Of a DNA stretch of 64,000 nt, positions 10,007-18,102 are shown one piece after another. Under the pieces are notes generated by a model. It made no database searches. It saw only the letters and a program-made list of their open reading frames with translations, and was not told where the DNA came from. The stretch is from Puniceicoccales bacterium (GTDB taxonomy: Bacteria > Verrucomicrobiota > Verrucomicrobiia > Opitutales > JAIRLM01). Position numbers and translations under genes: made by a program. The stretch covers positions 44,101-108,100 of the forward strand of contig JAISOW010000008.1 in NCBI GenBank assembly GCA_031275345.1, in the 5' to 3' direction. The stretch's first letter is position 1. The number at the start of each line of letters is the position of its first letter.

Positions 10007-10917
10007 CTGCCCATCAAGAGTGCATTGGGATTTTGTTCCAAGAAATCAAAAAAATTTCGCACGGCACGGGCGGCACGGCCCATGTCCCCAAAAAATGTCT
10101 CCACGGCGTGGGGCAGAGGCGAACCTCTGTCAATGAGCAGCCGCAGCTCGGCGGCGGTTGTTCCTAACTCCCTGCAAGCCATTCCCACGTCCACCATCAC
10201 AGGGGTCATCCCGTTTTGCAAAAAGCAAAAAAAATCTTCCATGCGACCACAGGTTGCCGCAAAGGAATTGGCCGCCCTGTGAATGTCTTCTCCATCCAGC
10301 AGCGCCGTTGCGGCGTGGACCGTGTCCAGCAGAGCGCTGCCCACCTCGGACCAGGGCATTTTTGCCATTCCCTGCAGGACCGCATCCAATGAGTGGGACA
10401 GTGAGGCAAAGTCAATGGCACCCAGTCCGTCGGCCATGCGAATCAACTGTTCGCTCAAATTTTTTAGGCTGCTGGGCCGCGTAGCGATGCGATTGCCATC
10501 CCCCAGCACGGCGGAATCATATTCCAGGGCAATGAACAGCTTTCCCGTGACAAAGCTTTCCATCTGCAGCGAACCAACCAGGTGATGCACCCGCGGCGAG
10601 CGGAACAACTCGGCCACAGCACCGCGGCTGGCCTTGTTGCTATTCGGTGCCCTTAGGACGATGGTCACCGCAGCACCCATTGTTTTCTTCTCCGGCCCCC
10701 AGTCCACTGCGATGTGGCGCACCTGGCCAACGCACACCCCCTGCAGCTTCACCGGTGCACCAATTTCCAGGCCATTGACGGATTCGGAAAAGAATAGCAC
10801 GTGGATGGAGCCGCCGGCCATCGGCTCGCCGGTTGGAAATAGCACGAGGGCGAGGGTGAATACGACCACGGCAGCACAGACGAGCAGGCCGATGGCGGTG
10901 GATTGGGAAAGTTTCAT
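9985..10917 (-). CDS. mlaD: MCE/MlaD-family substrate-binding protein
   Basis: N-terminal TM anchor followed by an MCE domain (SVNGLEIGAPVKLQGVCVGQVRHI). 4-nt overlap with the ATPase gene. Confidence 0.7.
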   Translation of the reverse strand: MKLSQSTAIGLLVCAAVVVFTLALVLFPTGEPMAGGSIHVLFFSESVNGLEIGAPVKLQGVCVGQVRHIAVDWGPEKKTMGAAVTIVLRAPNSNKASRGAVAELFRSPRVHHLVGSLQMESFVTGKLFIALEYDSAVLGDGNRIATRPSSLKNLSEQLIRMADGLGAIDFASLSHSLDAVLQGMAKMPWSEVGSALLDTVHAATALLDGEDIHRAANSFAATCGRMEDFFCFLQNGMTPVMVDVGMACRELGTTAAELRLLIDRGSPLPHAVETFFGDMGRAARAVRNFFDFLEQNPNALLMGRWEEEAR

Positions 10918-11705
10918 GGCACCGTTTCCTCAGGCTGTGGGTTGGCATGGTTTTCGCAAAAAAATTCGCGCACCGCGCCATGGGGCGACCGGGCCAGTGC
11001 GGCAGGGCTTCCAATGTCCAGCATGGTGCCGCTGTTCGCGTCCAAAAATGCGGCCCTTGTCACGATGCCACCAATCTCCGCCAGGTCGTGGCTCACCACG
11101 ACCGCCGCCATGCCCTGGCAGGAGCACAACTCAGCAACCAGCCTGTCCAACCGCCTGGCAGCGACCGGATCAAGGCCCGATGTGGGTTCATCCAAGAAGA
11201 GCAGAGGCGGATCCAGCGCCAATGCCCTGGCCAGTGCTGCCCGCCGTGCCATTCCGCCGGAAATTTCATGGGGATAGAAGTCGGCGTAGGCCCCGAGGCC
11301 AACCAGTGACAGCTTGCAATCCACCAAATCCCGCACCTCTTTTGGAGAAAATCCTCCGCGGCGCAGCAGGGGCAGTGCCACATTTTCCCCCAACGTTCGA
11401 TCCGTCCAAAGCGCTCCGCCCTGAAATAATACGGAAAAATTGCGGGTCAATGCACCGTGGCCAGCGCAGTCTACGGTAACCATTTTTTTTCCAAATAGTA
11501 GCACCGTACCGGCCAGGAGCGGCAAAAGTCCGACCATTGTTCGCAAAAGCGTGCTCTTGCCACAGCCACTGCAGCCGATGATGGCAAAAATTTCTCCCGG
11601 TGCCACGGAAAATTCTATGCCTTCCACCAACGGCGATGGCCGTTCCCCATGGCCAATGGCCAGAGCATGGACGGCAACGGCTGGCAATGGGGGTGGGTAG
11701 GCCAT
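10914..11705 (-). CDS. mlaF: ABC transporter ATP-binding protein (MlaF-like)
   Basis: Walker A GCSGCGKSTLL, signature ISGGMARRAALARAL and Walker B LLFLDEPTSGLD. The start is taken at MAYPPP (11705), avoiding overlap with the permease gene. Confidence 0.85.
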   Translation of the reverse strand: MAYPPPLPAVAVHALAIGHGERPSPLVEGIEFSVAPGEIFAIIGCSGCGKSTLLRTMVGLLPLLAGTVLLFGKKMVTVDCAGHGALTRNFSVLFQGGALWTDRTLGENVALPLLRRGGFSPKEVRDLVDCKLSLVGLGAYADFYPHEISGGMARRAALARALALDPPLLFLDEPTSGLDPVAARRLDRLVAELCSCQGMAAVVVSHDLAEIGGIVTRAAFLDANSGTMLDIGSPAALARSPHGAVREFFCENHANPQPEETVP

Positions 11706-11712
11706 GGCATTG

Positions 11713-12873
11713 CTACATGTGGAGACGGTGGCAGAGGACGGAAAAGATTGCATCCGCCACGACGATGGCCGTGATGGCGGAAACGACGGCGGCCGTCGTG
11801 CCGCGGCCAACTCCGGCGGCTGTGCGTTCACAGCGCATGCCATGCAAGCAGCCAAAGCCGCCCGTTAAAAGCCCGAAAACAAGTGCCTTGCCAATCCCCA
11901 CAAAAAAGTCGGACATGGCAACGGCGCTGACCATTTCCTGAACATATTGGACGGCGGAAAAATCAAAAAGGGAAAGGGCCACCACCATGCCACCTCCGAT
12001 CCCGATAAAAGCGGAAAATATTTCCAGAATTGGCGCCATCCATGCAACGGCCAGCACCCGAGGCAGCACCAAAAATGCCACCGGGTTTATGGAAAATATG
12101 CGCAGGGCATCGACTTCACCGCTGCAGCGCATGGTGCCAATGGTCGCCGCAAATGACGCCGCCGTCCTTCCGGCCAGTATGATTCCCGTCATGAGGGGTG
12201 CCATTTCCCGCACCATTGCCAGGCCAACCAGATCGGCAATGTAGATGGCGGCGCCAAATCTGGCCAGCTGCACAATGCCAACGAAGCCGATTATGACACC
12301 ACTTAGCAGGCTGATAAGGGCCACAATTGGCAGGCCTTCCACGCCAACGCGGTAAAAAATTTCTCCGTAGCCGGCTCCAACGGTTGGGACCTTGCCGAAA
12401 AAAAAACGGCACAGGCAGCGGACCAAATCTCCCAAAAATGCAAAGGCACAGAACCCAGCTTCGGAAGAATTTCCGCCATTTTTTTTCGAAACTTTTTCTG
12501 CAGCACGGCCCATTACCGCCATCGGCGACGTTTCCTGGCCATTTTCCGCCATCCGTAGCAGGGCGGCCAGGCCGGTGGGAAGGCCATGCCAGGAAAGGTC
12601 ACCATCGTCCCGGCGCAGCAGGTTGCGCAGGCGGAGAAGAAAGGCAACGAGGCGGCCATTCCATGCGGCAACCGCCCCAACATCCACCGAAATTTCCCGG
12701 CCCACCAGCTGGCCACGGTTTTGAAAAAACCAGGTTGCGGCGTCGGCCGGCACACCAGCTGTCCAATCGCCGGCCAGGCGGATGGTTGGGTTGGGAAGAG
12801 TCTCTTCCATGGCAATGGTTCCCGCATCCGTCGATAAAAAAACACTTGACTGCCCTGGCCGCATCCGCGCCAT
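11713..12873 (-). CDS. mlaE: MlaE-family ABC permease with N-terminal STAS/MlaB-like extension
   Basis: The C-terminal ~260 aa is MlaE-like (GVEGLPIVALISLLSGVIIGFVG...ALRIFSINPVAFLVLPRVLA). The N-terminal ~120 aa (IRLAGDW...VDVGAVAAWNGRLVAFLLRL) resembles a fused STAS domain. An alternative start is at 12810. Confidence 0.8.
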   Translation of the reverse strand: MARMRPGQSSVFLSTDAGTIAMEETLPNPTIRLAGDWTAGVPADAATWFFQNRGQLVGREISVDVGAVAAWNGRLVAFLLRLRNLLRRDDGDLSWHGLPTGLAALLRMAENGQETSPMAVMGRAAEKVSKKNGGNSSEAGFCAFAFLGDLVRCLCRFFFGKVPTVGAGYGEIFYRVGVEGLPIVALISLLSGVIIGFVGIVQLARFGAAIYIADLVGLAMVREMAPLMTGIILAGRTAASFAATIGTMRCSGEVDALRIFSINPVAFLVLPRVLAVAWMAPILEIFSAFIGIGGGMVVALSLFDFSAVQYVQEMVSAVAMSDFFVGIGKALVFGLLTGGFGCLHGMRCERTAAGVGRGTTAAVVSAITAIVVADAIFSVLCHRLHM

Positions 12874-12884
12874 TATCCTGCGCC

Positions 12885-13562
12885 ATGCCAGCCGTGCAAA
12901 CCATTTTTTTTGACCTTGACGGCACCCTAGTCGACCATTTCCGTGCCATCCACCGCTGCTACAATCATATTTTGCGGGAGTTTTCCCTACCAGAACGCAG
13001 CTTTGCGGACATCAAAAAACGAATCGGGCCACCCCTGGCCGCAACGGTTGCCGAGTTGCTGGACAGGGCAGAACCGGAGCTGGTCGATCGTTTTTGCCGC
13101 CGTTTCAGGGCCCACATGCAGGAAACATTTCTCGACGGTCTGGATGAACTGCCCGGCGCAGGATGGATCTTGGACCAGCTACACCGCCAGGGCTATCACC
13201 TTGCCATTTTCACCAACAAACAGTTTCGAACGGTTGAGGCGATTTGCACCCATCTTGGTTTCGATAAATTTCTTGCCGCAATCGTTGCCACGGAGGAGCG
13301 GACGGACTGTCCCCGCAAGCCGGAGCCAAGATTTTCTCTGCACGCGCTTGCCACGCTGAAGACAACGGCGGAGCAGGCCACCATGGTGGGTGACTCAGCC
13401 GTGGACCACCGGGCCGCAGTGGCCGGAAATTTTGTCAAAAGCTATTCGGTTACGACTGGCACGCATGGCAGGGAAGAACTCATCGAACAGGGAGTTCCGG
13501 CGGACACCATTTTTTCCGATCTTTTTACCCTGGGAATGTCAGCCTTCCATCTCAAGCGCTAG
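12885..13562 (+). CDS. HAD-superfamily hydrolase (phosphoglycolate-phosphatase-like)
   Basis: MPAVQTIFFDLDGTLVDHF (DxDGT motif I), IFTNK and MVGDSAVDHRAA. The start is taken at ATG 12885 inside ORF 12327..13562. Confidence 0.75.
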   Translation: MPAVQTIFFDLDGTLVDHFRAIHRCYNHILREFSLPERSFADIKKRIGPPLAATVAELLDRAEPELVDRFCRRFRAHMQETFLDGLDELPGAGWILDQLHRQGYHLAIFTNKQFRTVEAICTHLGFDKFLAAIVATEERTDCPRKPEPRFSLHALATLKTTAEQATMVGDSAVDHRAAVAGNFVKSYSVTTGTHGREELIEQGVPADTIFSDLFTLGMSAFHLKR

Positions 13563-13683
13563 ACGACAGCGATGAAAACCGCAGGGACGACCTTTGCACC
13601 GTTCCGACGGTGCAACATTTGCAGATTGGGCAAAGGCAAATTGGACAAGGTTGTTGGCATGGCCGAACGTGCCGAACTACGGG

Positions 13684-14790
13684 CTATTGTACGTCTTCGT
13701 CAGCCACCTTGCATGCGACGAGACCTGCAACCATCGTTTGCGCATTCTCATTGTCCAACGCTTTAACGATGGTGCGGATAATTTGCGCTGCATGGGTACC
13801 GGGGGAGGACAGTTCCGAAACAAGAATGGGATGCAGATTTTGCCAGACCATTTTCCGATCGTCTGACGATACTCCCTTTTGCTGCATTGTGCGCCAAACG
13901 GCTAGAGAAACCGTCTTGCCAAGATTTGTCAACTCGTTCGACTTACCATCACCATCCACCGACCCAGAATCGGAGGAGGTTTCTGCCGTTGGCTGCAGGG
14001 CCTCTTCTATTTCCTTCTGCATGGCGCTCATTTCCGATGCAAATGGCACCGCATTTTTCCCAAAAAGGTGGGGTAGCCAGGCAATGCCAGCCGCCACACT
14101 TTTGATGAATGTTTTTGCCGGCATGCCATGCCGCCCAAGTGCATCAAATATTCCCTTGTCGACGCCAAGTTTCGCACCTTCTTCCCCTGCTGCAAGCTGT
14201 AATTGCCTATGCGTGTGAGCATCGCGACCGTGGCGTACCGCCGCCAGAACGAAGCCGGCACAGAACCACAGAGAGCATGCGGCAGGAAAGACGACGACAG
14301 CTGCGGGCACCGTAAGGCACAGAATGGCGAAGATGGACCCAAAGATGCACAATGGGATGAAGACAAATAGTGCGAAAATTGCGCCGCCAATGCCGCAGCC
14401 ACCGCCATTGAACGTTCCGATGAAATCAAAAACCCCGACGCCGAAGTTGAAAGCTGGTTTGACGATCAGGGCTACGCCGATGGCAGAAAGGGCACACATA
14501 GCTGCCGTGGCAATCGTTGTGAAAAAACCAACAACCAGCGTTGCACCGGCTACGACAGCGATCTTTTGTGCCGCCGCGGCGTTGGGATTGACCCTATCGG
14601 CAGCCACTACTAGCTCATTACACGACGCACTGACACTCACAGAATCTGTTTGTGATAACTTTTGCATAAAATGGACGCCGAAGCAAAACAATTGTTTTGC
14701 CCACGTGAAATGCGGTGCCAGGGCTATTTGCTCCGCGCAGTTTTTTTTCAAGGCCGGGATGATGGGAACGGAACTCAGGTTATCGGCCAA
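13684..14790 (-). CDS. hypothetical polytopic membrane protein (two paired hydrophobic hairpins, Inc-like)
   Basis: A ~110-aa hydrophobic block (IAVVAGATLVVGFFTTIATAAMCALSAIGVALIV ... AIFALFVFIPLCIFGSIFAILCLTVPAAVVVFPAACSLWFCAGFVLAAV) is flanked by soluble regions. The track start is TTG 14790; the first ATG is 14667. No family recognised. Confidence 0.5.
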   Translation of the reverse strand: MADNLSSVPIIPALKKNCAEQIALAPHFTWAKQLFCFGVHFMQKLSQTDSVSVSASCNELVVAADRVNPNAAAAQKIAVVAGATLVVGFFTTIATAAMCALSAIGVALIVKPAFNFGVGVFDFIGTFNGGGCGIGGAIFALFVFIPLCIFGSIFAILCLTVPAAVVVFPAACSLWFCAGFVLAAVRHGRDAHTHRQLQLAAGEEGAKLGVDKGIFDALGRHGMPAKTFIKSVAAGIAWLPHLFGKNAVPFASEMSAMQKEIEEALQPTAETSSDSGSVDGDGKSNELTNLGKTVSLAVWRTMQQKGVSSDDRKMVWQNLHPILVSELSSPGTHAAQIIRTIVKALDNENAQTMVAGLVACKVADEDVQ

Positions 14791-14850
14791 GGAGGCTGGA
14801 GCTGGGCAGCGAGTGGCCTAGCTATCGGCGCATCGGCTGCGCGATTGTAC

Positions 14851-14880
14851 TTGACAATGTCGGCGTGTGGCATGCATCAT
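14851..14880 (+). promoter_or_regulatory. candidate sigma70-type promoter of the PTP-like gene
   Basis: TTGACA (14851..14856), an 18-nt spacer, then CATCAT (14875..14880). The ATG at 14891 follows 10 nt later with no SD-like sequence. Confidence 0.3.
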
Positions 14881-14890
14881 TTTTAATCAT

Positions 14891-16663
14891 ATGCAGGTTA
14901 ATCCCAATGCAATTCGCCCCCGTGTGGCCGTGGGTTTCACCATGGCCGGCGGCGTCACGGCGTTTCTTGGTGGCATTGCCACTGCCATTCTCCTACCCAA
15001 GGTGATCGGAACTGTTTTGGCGATTTTACTAACCTGCGCCCTTGCAGTCTGTGCAGTGTTGCTATTTGCTTGGGCTGCGACTTCTCTGCGCGCTTCTCGA
15101 ACAAACGCACAAGCGGACAGCGATCCCGACGACGCTAATCCCGCGAAGACTCACAAGGCAAATACACTGTCAATCTCCCAGTCGGCCAGCTCTGAAAAGA
15201 ACTCGTCCTTAGATTCCGCAAACACGTCGTCGTCGAACCTATCCTTAGTCAACACAAATCCTAAATTGGTGGTGGAAGAGCAGGACAAAATAGAAGAAAA
15301 AGAAGAAGAAGCGAGCCCATCACCATCTTCCTCTCCATCTGATGAAAATTTAGGTAATAGCAGTCAAACGACTGACAGGGCTAGGATCGTCGGCCCAGCG
15401 GCATCGCGAATTCAGTCATCTTCGAATGCGACTAATAGCGTAATTTCGAGTTTGCATCCTATTCCCACGGAGGGAAATTCTTCCAACGAGTCGCAAATCA
15501 ATGAACCACAAGTCATTGAAACCGCTGTGGGAAACGTCACCAATGAAGACGCACTCAACCTAATTCACTCGGTTCTTGGCAACGATTTCGACAAATTCAA
15601 CAACGGTGTGAAGTTCATTGACTTTTCCACGGCTGGGGATCCTCCAAACGCAATGCCGCATGCTCTTGTCGATTTTTGTTACGCATGCCATCCTGAAGCG
15701 AAGGCAGTTCAAATGTGTGCTGGATCTTCTAATGCGGACCCAATGAATCTTCCATCGGATAGCACGCAGAGCATGTACGTGCGCCAGAGTGTAGAGGTAC
15801 CCCGCGTAGTCCAAGAATCGCCCTATGGAAAACTTTTGCCGTTTATTTCCACAATTTGGAATGATGCATCCTGCATCGTGCCCAGGCCGGGAAATGTGGA
15901 GGATGGCCGCAGCGGCTACTATGTTTGCAGTAATCCGGATTTTATAGGATGGGAATGGGATGATTCACTAAGGCCGACTGCGGCAAATTTTTGCCAAGCA
16001 TTTGCCAGAGAAATGAAAAATCATCCTGCACTCATCGTGGATGTGAGCGAACAAGGAGAGGATTACAATTACATACAGAGTTGGATTGAGCATGCTGGAA
16101 AAAAGAGAATGCCAGCTGCCGGCGTGGTCGACAATGTTTGCTCCATACCCATGGAGGATGTCAGTGGGGTATATTCCACAACGCCATATTTTAAACATTT
16201 TACCATTTCTCTGCAAAGGTTTCAGCTGCACGAAACGGATACAGATGGGGAAAAAATTGACAACATATCCTACCGCCTGACCGTCAATGGATGGAAGGAT
16301 AGTGCAAATATTGCTTCGAAAGATATGCAGTGGCTCATAGACACCATCCACGCAATCGTGAAAAAATATGGAATTTTGGCCAAGGTAATTCACTGCAGTT
16401 CTGGCTGCGGCCGCGCCCCGACGCTTGCTTTGCGCAGCATGGTGGCCGACGTGGCACGGAAAGCGAAGGAGCAGGGAATTCCCTGCTGTTTTGCAAACAA
16501 CGGCGATGAGCAGCTGCAGCCATGTGTAAATGGACACTTAAATCTTGCCTATGTGCTGCGCAACGCAGCACTCAGCCTTGTATCTTCCCGCGGTGTCGCT
16601 GGCTGGGGAAAGGATCAATATCAAGGAGACCTTGAATACGCACAATTCCTTGCCGCGCAATGA
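14891..16663 (+). CDS. membrane-anchored protein with bilobed hydrophobic hairpin, Ser/Asn/Glu-rich linker and C-terminal classical protein-tyrosine-phosphatase-like domain
   Basis: The ORF is 14867..16663; ATG 14891 is preferred because 14867 lies inside the candidate promoter. The hairpin is VGFTMAGGVTAFLGGIATAILL-PK-VIGTVLAILLTCALAVCAVLLFAWAA. PTP-like motifs appear in canonical order: PTAANFCQAFAREMKNHPALIVDVSEQGEDYNYIQSW, WKD (16292..16300), VIHCSSGCGRAPT (HC at 16391..16396, R at 16412..16414), then GKDQYQ. Confidence 0.65.
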   Translation: MQVNPNAIRPRVAVGFTMAGGVTAFLGGIATAILLPKVIGTVLAILLTCALAVCAVLLFAWAATSLRASRTNAQADSDPDDANPAKTHKANTLSISQSASSEKNSSLDSANTSSSNLSLVNTNPKLVVEEQDKIEEKEEEASPSPSSSPSDENLGNSSQTTDRARIVGPAASRIQSSSNATNSVISSLHPIPTEGNSSNESQINEPQVIETAVGNVTNEDALNLIHSVLGNDFDKFNNGVKFIDFSTAGDPPNAMPHALVDFCYACHPEAKAVQMCAGSSNADPMNLPSDSTQSMYVRQSVEVPRVVQESPYGKLLPFISTIWNDASCIVPRPGNVEDGRSGYYVCSNPDFIGWEWDDSLRPTAANFCQAFAREMKNHPALIVDVSEQGEDYNYIQSWIEHAGKKRMPAAGVVDNVCSIPMEDVSGVYSTTPYFKHFTISLQRFQLHETDTDGEKIDNISYRLTVNGWKDSANIASKDMQWLIDTIHAIVKKYGILAKVIHCSSGCGRAPTLALRSMVADVARKAKEQGIPCCFANNGDEQLQPCVNGHLNLAYVLRNAALSLVSSRGVAGWGKDQYQGDLEYAQFLAAQ

Positions 16664-16705
16664 TGGCGCTGCAATGCTGCCCCGCTGTGAAAGCTAGCCG
16701 TTTGC

Positions 16706-17977
16706 CTAGACGCAGCGATAAAAATCTGCACCGAAGTAGGGTTGCAAGGCGGACGGAATGGCAACCGTCCCATCCTTTTGCAAATTGTTTTCCAACAGAG
16801 CGGCAAGCACCCGTGGAATAGCCAGTCCTGACCCGTTCAACGTGTGAACCGTTTCCAATTTGCCAGATTTTCGAGAACGGAAGCGGATGTTGGCCCTGCG
16901 GGCTTGAAAGTCGGTAAAATTGCTACAGCTGGAAACTTCCAGCCAGCGCCGCTGACCTCCCGACCACACCTCAAGGTCGTACTGCTTGGCATGGGGAAAG
17001 CCCATGTCACCGCTGCAAATTGCCAGCACACGGTAGGGAATGGCCAACCGCTGCAGCAGATCCTCGGCATCCGAGCGCAGCTTCTCCAATTCATCGAAAC
17101 TTGTTTCCGGGTGGACCCACTTGACCAATTCCACCTTGTCAAACTGGTGCAGCCGATTCAAGCCGCGCACGTCCCGTCCCCAGCTGCCAGCCTCTCGGCG
17201 AAAGCAGGGAGTATAGGCGCAGCGCAGAATTGGCAATTTTGCTTCGTCTAAAATTTCATCGCGAAAAAAATTTGTGACCGGAACCTCGGCCGTTGGCACG
17301 GCAAATAGGCCATCTTCCGGAACGGCGTACATCATTCCCTCCTTGTCGGGAAGTTGGCCAGTTGCAGTGGCGCTGGCCGCATTGACCAGGATCGGAGGAA
17401 AAAATTCAACATAGCCGCGCGCCGCTGCTCCATCGAGAAAAAAGCGCACCAATGACCGCACCAGCCTGGCCATTGGGCCCACATAAAATGGAAAGCCTGC
17501 CCCGGCCACCTTTGCCCCACGCGGCAGGTCAACGGCGGATTCAAACCAGGGAATTTCATAGTGGGGAATGGCGTGGGGAGAAACCGCGGCCACATCGCCC
17601 CAGCTGGCCACGGCCACGTTGTCCTTGTCCGAACGGCCGTCCGGCACGCTTTCGTGGGGCACGTTAGGCAGGGCCAAATGGGCGGCTCGCCATTCCTTCT
17701 CCAGAGAGCGCAATTCTCCCTCCAACACTTTTATTCGATCCGATTCGTTCCGCAGCTCACCGGTTCGTTTGGCAAATTCTTCCGATGACCGATCCAGGGA
17801 AGCCAACGCATCTCCCGCCCGCCCCAGAGCAGCCCGCGCCCCTTCGACGGCCGTCGTCAACTCCCGCCGCCGATCGTCGAGGGCCAAAAATCCATCCACG
17901 TCGGCGGCAAACTTTTTCCTCGCCAGCATCCGCTTGACCTCCGCCCGCCGTTCTCGCAAAAAAGTCAGCTCCAACAT
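16706..17977 (-). CDS. serS: seryl-tRNA synthetase
   Basis: MLELTFLRERRAEV coiled-coil arm, class II motifs FRREAGSWGRDVRGLNRLHQFDKVE and TLNGSGLAIPRVLAALLEN. The start is at internal ATG 17977. Confidence 0.92.
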   Translation of the reverse strand: MLELTFLRERRAEVKRMLARKKFAADVDGFLALDDRRRELTTAVEGARAALGRAGDALASLDRSSEEFAKRTGELRNESDRIKVLEGELRSLEKEWRAAHLALPNVPHESVPDGRSDKDNVAVASWGDVAAVSPHAIPHYEIPWFESAVDLPRGAKVAGAGFPFYVGPMARLVRSLVRFFLDGAAARGYVEFFPPILVNAASATATGQLPDKEGMMYAVPEDGLFAVPTAEVPVTNFFRDEILDEAKLPILRCAYTPCFRREAGSWGRDVRGLNRLHQFDKVELVKWVHPETSFDELEKLRSDAEDLLQRLAIPYRVLAICSGDMGFPHAKQYDLEVWSGGQRRWLEVSSCSNFTDFQARRANIRFRSRKSGKLETVHTLNGSGLAIPRVLAALLENNLQKDGTVAIPSALQPYFGADFYRCV

Positions 17978-18102
17978 AGCGGCAAGGTGCCGGCATCGCC
18001 GTCGATGCGCAAGCGGAAAAACAATGTCAGGCCGGAAAATCATTTTGCATGGCATGAAAAGATTGCCACCTTCGACCGCTGGGAAGGTGCAAAAAATTTT
18101 TT

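Noticed and set aside
13595-13614. The hairpin TGCACCG-ttccga-CGGTGCA between the HAD gene and the convergent membrane gene, considered as an intrinsic terminator.
   Set aside because: It is a 7-bp stem without a clear T-run on either side. It is noted only as a possibility.
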